A DNA stretch of 17,297 nt from Candidatus Methylomirabilia bacterium (lineage in GTDB: Bacteria > Methylomirabilota > Methylomirabilia > Rokubacteriales > CSP1-6), in NCBI GenBank assembly GCA_041497895.1, contig JBGQHJ010000105.1, positions 1 through 17,297 on the forward strand, written 5' to 3'. Shown here piece by piece: positions 1-7,604 of the stretch. Each line of letters starts with the position of its first letter. Position 1 is the first letter of the stretch. The notes under the pieces are model-generated. The model did no database searches, was not told the DNA's origin, and saw only the letters and a program-made list of their open reading frames with translations. Made by a program: the position numbers and the translations under genes.

Positions 1-81
1 CGCGAACCAGGTGCAGTCCGCCTCGGTGATGGTGCGCCCCGGCCAGTGGGTGAACTCCTCGTAGTAGCGCCCGTAACTCAT
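1..81 (-). CDS. MaoC-family dehydratase/hydratase, N-terminal part (runs off the window)
   Basis: Not in the ORF track. The reverse strand from ATG at 81 reads MSYGRYYEEFTHWPGRTITEADCTWFA, matching the G-x-x-(F/Y)-E-E-F...H-x-P-G-R-T-(I/V)-T-E-A-D start of MaoC-like hydratases. The ATG overlaps the ACAD stop (ATGA, 78-81). Confidence 0.8.
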   Translation of the reverse strand, partial: MSYGRYYEEFTHWPGRTITEADCTWFA

Positions 82-2309
82 GGGGCCTGGGCCGCGAGCC
101 AGCGCGCCGCGAGCCGGCGCCGCTCGGCGGCCGGGTCGCGCGGGCCCAGCAGGAGCGCGGCCGCGTCGCGATAGTAGCGCTCCACCGGGAACTCGGTGGT
201 GTAGCCGTAGCCGCCGTGGATGCGCATGGCCTCGAGGCTCACCGCGTAGGCGGTCTCCCCGGCCGCGAGCCGGGCCATGGTGGCGCCCGCGTCGTCGCGC
301 GAGTCCACGTCGAGCCGCTCGGCCGCGCGGCCGGTGAGCAGGCGCGCGACGGTGATGCGGGTCGCCATGTCGGCCAGCTTGAGCTGGATGGCCTGGTGCT
401 GGCAGATGGGCTGCCCGAAGGTGGAGCGCTGCTGCGAGTAGCGGAGCGCGGCCTCGAAGGCGGCCTGGGCCAGCCCGACCGCGGTGGCGGCGGCGCCCAC
501 GCTGCTCACCGCCTCGAGCAGGGTCTCGGCGCCCTCGCGGAGGGCGGCCGCCGCGTTCAGGCGCGCGCCGACCAGGACGACGTCCGCCGCGCCCAGGCCC
601 CGCAGGCCGACCGTGTCGGAGGCCAGGCCCACCGTGAGGCCGGCGCGGCCCGCCTCCACCACGAAGCAGCGGCTGCGGCCGTCCTCGAGGGCGGCGTTGA
701 CGAGGAAGAGCTTGGCCCGGGCCGCGTTGGCCACCACCGGCGCGGGGCCGGTCAGGACCCAGTCCGGGCCGGCGCGCCGCGCCCCGATGGATGGGCCGAC
801 GACCGGGGCGGTCCAGCGCTCGCCGCGGGTCATCGGAGGAATCAGCCGCTCGCGCACATCGCGAGGCGCGTGGCGCGCGATGGCGAGAGTGGCCGCGAGC
901 TGGGCGGCGAGCCAGGTGGCCAGCGTGGCCGAGCCGCGGGCCACCTCCTCCACGATCATCGCGGTGGTGGCGAGCGAGAGGCCGAGACCGCCGTGCTCGG
1001 GCTCGGCGAGCGCGCCGAAGATGCCGAGCTCGCCGAGGTGGCCGACCAGCGGCTCCAGGTCCCGGCGGCCCGTGTCGTAGTCGTGGATCACCGGCGCGAC
1101 GTCCTTCTCCACCGCCTGCCGCACCGCCAGCACCAGCAGGCGCTGCTCCTCGGGGAGATCGTCCCGGCTGGTCAGCGCCCCTGGCCGCTCGCCGTAGCGC
1201 TCGAGCAGGTTGCGGCAGATGATCAGCCGCTGGATCTCGTTCGTGCCCTCGCCGATGATCATAAGGGGGGCGTCGCGGTAGAGCCGCTCGGAGAGGCCGG
1301 AGGCGAGCTGGCCGCGGGCCCCCTCGATCCGCATGGCCTCGACGGCCACCTCCTGGGCGGCCTCGGAGGCGTGGAGCTTGGCCATGCCGGCCTCCAGGTC
1401 GCAGCGGTCGCCCCGATCCTTCATGGCGGCGGCCCAGTAGGTGACCAGGCGCGCCGACTCCACCCGGGTGGCGATGTCGGCCAGGGCCGCGGGCGGCTCG
1501 GGCAGCGCCCGCGCCACCCGGACCGCCTCGTCCAGGCCCGCCTGGGCCACCCCGACCGCGCGCGCCGCGATGTTGATCCGGCCGGTCTCGAGCCCCGACA
1601 TCACGTGCTTGAAGCCGCGCCCCTCCACTCCGCCCACCAGGTTGGCAGCCGGGCAGGGGAAGCCGTCGAAGACCAGCTCCGCGGTGTCCACGCCCTTGTA
1701 GCCCAGCTTGGCGATGGATTTGACGACCTCGAGCCCGGGGGCGCCCTTCTCCACGATGAAGCAGGACATGCCCCGGTGGCGCGGCCGGGCGTCCGGCTCG
1801 GTCAGCGCAAGCAGGGCGAAGGTGTTGCCCTCGCGGCCGTTGGTCACGAACATCTTGGAGCCGGTGATGAGGTACCGGTCGCCGTCCCGGCGGGCCACCG
1901 TCCGGATGGCCTGCACGTCCGAGCCGGCGTGGGGCTCGGTGAGGCAGAGCCCGCCGCGGGCCTGGCCGCTGGCGAAGCGGGGCAGCAGGCGCAGGCGCTG
2001 CTCCTCGGTGCCGTGCTGGTGGACGATGAGCGCGGCCATCGTGTGGCTGTTGATGACCCCGGCCAGCGACATGAAGCCGCGGCACAGCTCCTCGATGATC
2101 CGGGCGTAGGTGCTGACGTCGAGGCCGAGGCCGCCGTACTCGGCGGGGACCAGGGCCCCGAAGAGCCCCATCCGCTTCATGCGCTCGACCATCTCCCGCG
2201 GGTACCGGTCGGCGTGCTCCAGTGCGGAGGAGGCGGGCCGGACGTCCCGGTCGACGAACTCGCGGACGGCCTCCACGATGGCGGGGACGCGGGCTGGGGC
2301 TGGACTCAC
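78..2309 (-). CDS. Acyl-CoA dehydrogenase, two tandem ACAD modules fused in one chain (743 aa)
   Basis: Module 1 has LTEPHAGSD, GSKMFVTNG, KLGYKG and LYRDAPLMIIGEGTNEIQR. Module 2 starts at LPEEQRLL and has QRSTFGQPICQHQAIQLKLADMA and IHGGYGYTTEFPVERYYRDA. GTG start at 2309; the exact start is uncertain. Confidence 0.92.
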   Translation of the reverse strand: MSPAPARVPAIVEAVREFVDRDVRPASSALEHADRYPREMVERMKRMGLFGALVPAEYGGLGLDVSTYARIIEELCRGFMSLAGVINSHTMAALIVHQHGTEEQRLRLLPRFASGQARGGLCLTEPHAGSDVQAIRTVARRDGDRYLITGSKMFVTNGREGNTFALLALTEPDARPRHRGMSCFIVEKGAPGLEVVKSIAKLGYKGVDTAELVFDGFPCPAANLVGGVEGRGFKHVMSGLETGRINIAARAVGVAQAGLDEAVRVARALPEPPAALADIATRVESARLVTYWAAAMKDRGDRCDLEAGMAKLHASEAAQEVAVEAMRIEGARGQLASGLSERLYRDAPLMIIGEGTNEIQRLIICRNLLERYGERPGALTSRDDLPEEQRLLVLAVRQAVEKDVAPVIHDYDTGRRDLEPLVGHLGELGIFGALAEPEHGGLGLSLATTAMIVEEVARGSATLATWLAAQLAATLAIARHAPRDVRERLIPPMTRGERWTAPVVGPSIGARRAGPDWVLTGPAPVVANAARAKLFLVNAALEDGRSRCFVVEAGRAGLTVGLASDTVGLRGLGAADVVLVGARLNAAAALREGAETLLEAVSSVGAAATAVGLAQAAFEAALRYSQQRSTFGQPICQHQAIQLKLADMATRITVARLLTGRAAERLDVDSRDDAGATMARLAAGETAYAVSLEAMRIHGGYGYTTEFPVERYYRDAAALLLGPRDPAAERRRLAARWLAAQAP

Positions 2310-2348
2310 GGGGACGGACCTCGCGGTGATCGCTCGGCTGCTGCGTCG

Positions 2349-2378
2349 AGACTAGCAAAGCCCGCGCGCCCATTGCAA
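2349..2378 (-). promoter_or_regulatory. Putative sigma70-type promoter for the ACAD-MaoC operon
   Basis: Reverse strand reads TTGCAA-18 bp-TAGTCT with an extended -10 TG (TGcTAGTCT), about 40 bp upstream of the GTG start. Confidence 0.5.
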
Positions 2379-2396
2379 GGCTCGGCCGCTCGTTTC

Positions 2397-2426
2397 TTGG
2401 ACGCAGGTCGTCCGGCCCGGTATGCT
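2397..2426 (+). promoter_or_regulatory. Putative sigma70-type promoter for the EEP gene (leaderless geometry)
   Basis: TTGGAC(2397-2402)-18 bp-TATGCT(2421-2426); 6 nt separate the -10 from the ATG at 2433. Confidence 0.5.
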
Positions 2427-2432
2427 GGAGGT

Positions 2433-3119
2433 ATGAACTTCACAGTCGCCAGCTACAACATCCACAAGTGCGCCGGCCTGGACGGTCGCGTGAACCTCGA
2501 CCGCATCGCCGACGTGATCCGCGAGATCGACGCCGATCTGATCGGCCTGCAGGAGGTATTCCGGCCCCAGGCCCTGGGCCTGGCCGAGCGCCTGGGCGTC
2601 CAGGTGGCCATGGGCCCGACCCGGGAGCGCGATGGGCAGCCCTACGGCAACGCGGTCCTCACGCGCCTGACCATCCGCAGCAGCCGTACCTTCGACCTCT
2701 CGCGCCCCGACCGCGAGCCGCGGGGCGGAATTCGGCTGGATCTGCGCATGCCGGAGGGGCTCCTGCACCTGTTCAACGTCCACTTCGGGCTGCAGATCCG
2801 CGAGCGGGCCGCGCAGGTGCGGATGCTGGTGCGCGAGCATATCCTCCACGACGAGCTGACCGGGCCGCGGGTGGTGGTGGGCGATCTCAACGAGTGGTTC
2901 CCGGGCGCGGTCGGGCGGACCCTGCGCCGTGAGCTGCACGGTCCGCGCATCCGGCGGACCCACCCGGCCCCGCTTCCCCTGTTTCCGCTGGACCGCATCT
3001 ACTGGGATCGAGATCTCGCCGCCGACGGCTTCCATGTGCACCGGAGCCGTCTCGCCCGCGTGGCCTCGGACCACCTCCCGGTGGTGGCCCGCCTGCGGAT
3101 GGCGCCCACGCGCGGCTGA
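2433..3119 (+). CDS. Endonuclease/exonuclease/phosphatase (EEP) family metal-dependent hydrolase, YbhP-like (228 aa)
   Basis: C-terminal part of ORF 216..3119. Motifs: ASYNIH, DLIGLQEV, YGNAVL, NVHFGL, GDLNEW, LDRIY, ASDHLPV. The family begins at MNFTVASYN (ATG 2433). Confidence 0.9.
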   Translation: MNFTVASYNIHKCAGLDGRVNLDRIADVIREIDADLIGLQEVFRPQALGLAERLGVQVAMGPTRERDGQPYGNAVLTRLTIRSSRTFDLSRPDREPRGGIRLDLRMPEGLLHLFNVHFGLQIRERAAQVRMLVREHILHDELTGPRVVVGDLNEWFPGAVGRTLRRELHGPRIRRTHPAPLPLFPLDRIYWDRDLAADGFHVHRSRLARVASDHLPVVARLRMAPTRG

Positions 3120-3143
3120 TCCGCCGCGCTCCCCGGCCGGCCC

Positions 3144-4487
3144 GTGGCGGACACCGAGCGGCTCCTGCACGCGGCCCAGCGGCTGGTCGGCAGCGAGGCC
3201 GACGCGGCGGATCTCGAGCTGGTGCGGGAGGCGCATCCCGCCGACCTGGCCCACGTGCTCCAGCAGCTCGCTCCCGAGGAGCGCCACGCCCTCTTCCGCT
3301 CGCTCGGGCGGGACCGGGCCGGCGACGTGCTCTCCGAGATGGACGACCACACCCTGCTCGAGCTCATCCGCGGGCTCGACGACGTCGAGCTGTCCCGCAT
3401 CCTCGATCAGATGCCGGCCGAGCACGCCGCCGACGTGGTGGACGAGCTGCCCACCGAGCAGGCCGAGAAGATCCTCGACCTCATGGAGGAGCAGAAGTCG
3501 GAGGAGGTCCAGGGCATCCTCGAGTTCCCGGAGCAGTCGGCCGGGCGCCTCATGTCCCCGGACTTCGTGGCGCGGCCCGAGGCGGCCACGGTGGAAGAGG
3601 CGATCCAGCACATCCGCCGCTCGATCACCCAGGAGCGCCCCTTCGAGCTCTACGTGGTGGACGACCACCAGCACCTGGTCGGGCGGGTCCCCCTGCGCCG
3701 CCTGCTCATCGCGTCGCCGCACACCCCGCTCTCCGCCCTCCTCGACGAGGAGCTGGTGAGCGTGCGGCCGGAGATGGACCGCGAGGACGTGGCCCGGCTC
3801 GTGGCCAAGTACGACCTGGTCAGCCTGCCGGTGGTCGACGAGCAGAACCGGCTGCTCGGCACCATCAGCGTCGACGACGTGATCGACATCATGCAGGAGG
3901 AGGCGTCGGAGGACATCTTCCGCATCGCCGGCTCCGACGCGGCCGAGCTCGAGCGGCGCACCCCGTACCAGGTGGCGCTGCTGCGCCTGCCGTGGGTGCT
4001 GAGCACGCTGCTCATCGAGCTCCTGGCCGGCCTGGTCATCCACTTCTTCGACCGCACGCTCGGGCAGGTCATCCTGCTCGCGTCCTTCATGCCGGTGATC
4101 CAGGCCATCTCGGGCAATACCGGGCTGCAGTCCGTGACCGTGGTGGTGCGCGGGCTCGCCACCGGGCAGGTCCAGCTCTCGCGCTGGTGGGAGCCGCTGC
4201 GGCGCCAGGCGCAGACCTCGAGCATCCTGGGGGCGGTGTGCGCGGTGGTGGTCGGGGTGGTCGGATGGCTGTGGCACTCGCCCGCGTTCGCCCTCGTGGT
4301 CTCGGTGTCGATGTTCATCTCGGTGAACCTCTCGGGCACGGCCGGCACCTTGATCCCCATGCTGTCGAAGCGCCTGGGTTTCGATCCGGCGCTGACCGCG
4401 GGTCCGTTCGAGACCGCGTTCCAGGACGTCCTCGGCGTGACCATCTTCCTGTCGCTGGCCACCTTGCTACTGCACTGGCTCACATGA
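3144..4487 (+). CDS. mgtE: Magnesium transporter MgtE
   Basis: N-terminal domain (HPADLA, MPAEHAADVVDEL), CBS pair (SAGRLMSPDFV, LYVVDD, LPVVDEQNRLLGTISVDDVID), then membrane domain (RLPW, GNTGLQ, GFDPALTAGP...QD). Confidence 0.95.
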   Translation: MADTERLLHAAQRLVGSEADAADLELVREAHPADLAHVLQQLAPEERHALFRSLGRDRAGDVLSEMDDHTLLELIRGLDDVELSRILDQMPAEHAADVVDELPTEQAEKILDLMEEQKSEEVQGILEFPEQSAGRLMSPDFVARPEAATVEEAIQHIRRSITQERPFELYVVDDHQHLVGRVPLRRLLIASPHTPLSALLDEELVSVRPEMDREDVARLVAKYDLVSLPVVDEQNRLLGTISVDDVIDIMQEEASEDIFRIAGSDAAELERRTPYQVALLRLPWVLSTLLIELLAGLVIHFFDRTLGQVILLASFMPVIQAISGNTGLQSVTVVVRGLATGQVQLSRWWEPLRRQAQTSSILGAVCAVVVGVVGWLWHSPAFALVVSVSMFISVNLSGTAGTLIPMLSKRLGFDPALTAGPFETAFQDVLGVTIFLSLATLLLHWLT

Positions 4488-4602
4488 CTACCGACGCTTT
4501 GTTGCCGGTCGGTGCCGCGCTTTGTATCCGCACCGCGCCGTCCAATCTTGCACGGTCTGGGGATCGCTCAATGTTCTCCATCACTTGTGATCTGTTTAGG
4601 GC

Positions 4603-4618
4603 TGGCAAGCGCCTTGCT
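4603..4618 (+). promoter_or_regulatory. Sigma54 (RpoN) -24/-12 promoter
   Basis: TGGCAAG-CGCC-TTGCT matches the TGGCAC/AG-N4-TTGC consensus with exact GG-N10-GC spacing. It lies in an AT-richer intergenic stretch 13 nt before ATG 4632. Confidence 0.75.
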
Positions 4619-4631
4619 CTCCTCCTTCACC

Positions 4632-5096
4632 ATGGAAGTCGAGCCCTCGGAGCAGGCGAAGGACATCCTGGTCGAGCCATCGGCAGCGGCCTACTTGGCG
4701 CAGCCGGTCGCCGAGGCCGGGCCGTCGCGCCTGCCCTCCCGGGCCCTGGTGGTCGACGACTCGATGGTCGTGGCCGACGTGGTGACCGCGCTGCTGCGCC
4801 GGACGGGCTGGACGGTGGACGTGGCGAACACGGTGGACGCGGCGCTGGAGCACGTGCGCGGCGTGCCCTACGACCTGGTGGTCTGCGACGTGTGCATGCC
4901 CGATGGCGGTGGGCCGGCCGTCTACTACGCGGCCACCACCCGGCGGCCGGACCTGGCCAATCGCTTCCTGTTCATCACCGGGAACATGGACGACCCGGAG
5001 CCCTGGCGGTTCCTGGCGAAGATCCGCGCCCACGTGCTGGAGAAGCCCTTCACCGGCCGGGCGCTCCGGCACGCCCTGATCAAGGTCATCGCCTGA
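4632..5096 (+). CDS. Single-domain response regulator (receiver domain, ~35-aa N-terminal extension, no output domain)
   Basis: ALVVDD acidic pocket, DLVVCDVCMPDGGG (phosphoacceptor Asp), FLFITG, LEKPF. ATG 4632 is preferred over the ORF-track start at 4512 because it lies downstream of the sigma54 site. Confidence 0.88.
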   Translation: MEVEPSEQAKDILVEPSAAAYLAQPVAEAGPSRLPSRALVVDDSMVVADVVTALLRRTGWTVDVANTVDAALEHVRGVPYDLVVCDVCMPDGGGPAVYYAATTRRPDLANRFLFITGNMDDPEPWRFLAKIRAHVLEKPFTGRALRHALIKVIA

Positions 5097-5662
5097 CGCG
5101 CCGGCTCGCGCCGGCGCTCCTGCTGGTCCTCCTCCTCGCCGGCTCCGCGTGGGCCGGCCCCCCCACCGAGCAGCTCCGCGCGCTCACCGACCGCGTGGTG
5201 AAGGTCCTCGACGATCCCGCGCTCAACACGGGCCAGCGCCGCGCCGAGATCCGGGCCATCGCGCTCGAGGCCTTCGACGTCGCGGAGGCGGCCCGCCGGG
5301 CTCTCGGCCCGCACTGGCCGAAGCGCACCCCGGCCGAGCGCGAGGAGTTCATCGGTCTCTTCCAGGGCCTCCTCGAGCGCGGCTACCTCTCCCGCATCGG
5401 CGAGTACGGGGGCGAGCGCGTGCAGTACGTCGGCGAGCGGGTCGAGGGCGAGTACGCGACGGTGCGGGTCCTCATCGTCACCCAGAAGGGCACCCAGGTG
5501 CCGGTGGAGGCGCGGGTGCTCCGCCGGGAGGACCGCTGGCGGATGTACGACGTGCTGATCGAGAACGTGAGCCTGGTGGCGAGCTACCGCTCCCAGTTCG
5601 ACCGGGTGATCCGCACCTCGTCCTACGAGGAGCTCGTCCGCCGGCTGAAGGCGCGCGAGTAG
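5093..5662 (+). CDS. mlaC: MlaC/Ttg2D-family periplasmic phospholipid-binding protein (start codon non-canonical or lost)
   Basis: Signal peptide (TRRLAPALLLVLLLAGSAWA), FDVAEAARRALGPHW, TPAEREEFIGLF, WRMYDVLIENVSLVASYRSQF. The only start-like codon directly ahead of the signal peptide is CTG at 5093, overlapping the upstream TGA. Confidence 0.85.
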   Translation: MTRRLAPALLLVLLLAGSAWAGPPTEQLRALTDRVVKVLDDPALNTGQRRAEIRAIALEAFDVAEAARRALGPHWPKRTPAEREEFIGLFQGLLERGYLSRIGEYGGERVQYVGERVEGEYATVRVLIVTQKGTQVPVEARVLRREDRWRMYDVLIENVSLVASYRSQFDRVIRTSSYEELVRRLKARE

Positions 5663-5664
5663 CC

Positions 5665-6888
5665 TTACTCGGCGCCCGCGAGGCGGGCGCAGGCGAGGAG
5701 TAACGCGTTGGCGCCGTGCTCGATGTCGTCGAGCTCGGTGAACTCCTCCTCGCAGTGGCTGCGGCCGCCCCGCGAGGGGACGAAGATCATCCCGGTGGGG
5801 CAGATCGCGGCCATGTACTGGGCGTCGTGGCCGGCCCCCGAGAGGATGCGGCGGTGGCGGCACCCGAGCTCGGTCGCGGCGGCGTCGACCACGTTCACCA
5901 CCTCCGGATCGAACGGGGTGCGCGGCACCCGCCAGTAGTGGTCGACCTCCGCGCGCACGCCCTCGTGACGGGCGGCCCCGCGCACCACCTGGTCCAGCAT
6001 GACCAGCGCCCGGTCCAGGTTCGACTCGGCCGGATCCCGGAAGTCGACCGACAGGCCGACCTGCCCGGGGATCGCGTTGGGGATGTTGGGCGTCACGTCG
6101 AGACGGCCCACCGTGGCCACCATGTCTCCCGCGATGTGCCGGGCGATCCCGCGCACCCCGGTCACGATCTCGGCCGCGGCGACCAGCGCGTCGTGGCGCA
6201 GGCGCATCGGCGTCGGGCCCGCGTGATCCTGTACCCCGTGCAGCGTGATCCGCGACCAGGCGATGGCCACGATGCCCTCGACCACGCCCAGCGGCAGGCC
6301 CTCCTCCTCCAGGTGCGGCCCCTGCTCGATGTGCAGCTCGAGATAGGCGCGCATCGGCCGGGGCACGCACGGCTCGGAGCCCAGGTACCCGATGCGCTGG
6401 AGCTCGTCGACCAGGCGCAGCCCGTCGCGGTCGCGCGCGTTGTAGGCGTCCTCGAGCGGGATCTTCCCGGCCATGACCCCCGAGGCGATCATCGCGGGCT
6501 GAAAGCGCGCGCCCTCCTCGTTGGTGAACACGATCATGCCGACCGGGTGCCGGGTGCGCGCCTTGCGGTCGTTGAGGGTGCGGAGGGTTTCGAGCGCGCA
6601 GAGCACGCCGAGCTGCCCGTCGTACTTGCCGCCGCTCGGCACCGAGTCCGCGTGGGACCCCATGAACACCGGCGGCCGCGCCTCGGTGCCGGGGCGGATC
6701 CCGAAGAGGTTGCCCATCTGGTCCACCGTGACCGTGAGCCCGGCCTCCTTCATCCACCGCACCAGGAGGTCGCGTCCGCGCCGGTCGTCGTCGGTGAGGG
6801 CCACCCGGTGGAGACCGCCGCGCGCGGTCTCGCCGATCTTGCCGAGGGCCTCCATGCTCTCCGCCAGGCGGGCGCGATTGATCCGCAT
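5665..6888 (-). CDS. M20-family Zn-dependent amidohydrolase (allantoate amidohydrolase / N-carbamoyl-amino-acid hydrolase type), 407 aa
   Basis: GSHADSVPSGGKYDGQLGV, FTNEEGARF, YLELHIEQGP, DHAGPTPM, SGAGHDA, SHCEEE. ATG 6888 (MRINRARL) follows an AGGAGGGAG Shine-Dalgarno sequence. Confidence 0.93.
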   Translation of the reverse strand: MRINRARLAESMEALGKIGETARGGLHRVALTDDDRRGRDLLVRWMKEAGLTVTVDQMGNLFGIRPGTEARPPVFMGSHADSVPSGGKYDGQLGVLCALETLRTLNDRKARTRHPVGMIVFTNEEGARFQPAMIASGVMAGKIPLEDAYNARDRDGLRLVDELQRIGYLGSEPCVPRPMRAYLELHIEQGPHLEEEGLPLGVVEGIVAIAWSRITLHGVQDHAGPTPMRLRHDALVAAAEIVTGVRGIARHIAGDMVATVGRLDVTPNIPNAIPGQVGLSVDFRDPAESNLDRALVMLDQVVRGAARHEGVRAEVDHYWRVPRTPFDPEVVNVVDAAATELGCRHRRILSGAGHDAQYMAAICPTGMIFVPSRGGRSHCEEEFTELDDIEHGANALLLACARLAGAE

Positions 6889-6899
6889 CGGCTCCCTCC

Positions 6900-7604
6900 T
6901 CACAGCCCGAGGTAGGCCTTCTTGAGCCGCTCGTCGACCAGGAGCTCGCGCGCCGGCCCGGCCAGGACGACGCGCCCGTTCTCGAGGGCCACCGCCCGAT
7001 GCGCCAGCGCGAGCGCGCGGCGGACGTTCTGCTCCACGAGCAGGACGGTCACCCCGTCGCGGTTGATCGCGGCCACCGTCTCGAAGATCCGCTGCACGAG
7101 CACCGGGGCGATGCCGAGGGTGGGCTCGTCCAGCATGAGCAGGCGGGGCCGGGCCATCAGGGCGCGGCCGATCGCGCACATCTGCTGCTCGCCGCCCGAC
7201 AGCGAGCCCGCGAGCTGGGTGGCGCGATCCTTCAGCACCGGGAAGAGGCGCAGCACGTAGTCGAGCGAGGCCTCCTGCTGCGCGCGGGCCTGGGGAGCGT
7301 GCGCCCCCAGCAGCAGGTTCTCGTGCACGGTCATGAACGGGAAGAGACGGCGGCCCTCCGGCACCTGGACGATGCCCTGGGCCACGCGCAGGTGGGCGGG
7401 CATCGCGGCGAGGTCCTGGCCCTCGAAGAGCACGCGGCCGACACGGGCCGGCAGGGTGCCCGAGATCACCCGCAGGGTCGTGGTCTTGCCCGCCGCGTTG
7501 GCCCCGACCAGGGCCATCAGCTCGCCCGCGCGCACCTCCAGGCTGACGCCGTGGAGCGCCTGGAGATCGCCGTAGAAGGCGTCCACGCCCTCAAGCGTCA
7601 GCAA
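6900..7604 (-). CDS. livF: Branched-chain amino acid-type ABC transporter ATP-binding protein (LivF-like)
   Basis: Walker A GANAAGKTT, VPEGRRLF, LSGGEQQM, LLMLDEP, VEQN. TTG start overlaps the end of the LivG-like gene. Confidence 0.93.
   Translation of the reverse strand: MLTLEGVDAFYGDLQALHGVSLEVRAGELMALVGANAAGKTTTLRVISGTLPARVGRVLFEGQDLAAMPAHLRVAQGIVQVPEGRRLFPFMTVHENLLLGAHAPQARAQQEASLDYVLRLFPVLKDRATQLAGSLSGGEQQMCAIGRALMARPRLLMLDEPTLGIAPVLVQRIFETVAAINRDGVTVLLVEQNVRRALALAHRAVALENGRVVLAGPARELLVDERLKKAYLGL

Noticed and set aside
216..2432. N-terminal ~740 aa of the 967-aa plus-strand ORF, suggesting a giant EEP fusion
   Set aside because: It is the antisense shadow of the ACAD gene in GC-rich DNA. 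The EEP domain starts at ATG 2433 with its own promoter candidate.
2426..2432. GGAGG as Shine-Dalgarno for the EEP gene
   Set aside because: Only 1 nt from the ATG and lying between the -10 and the predicted TSS, too close to work as a normal SD.
4484..5092. A real ~200-aa N-terminal extension of MlaC translated from ATG 4484
   Set aside because: The frame is open, but the product is low-complexity, overlaps the receiver gene out of frame and would bury the signal peptide. It is used only as a clue to the insertion history.
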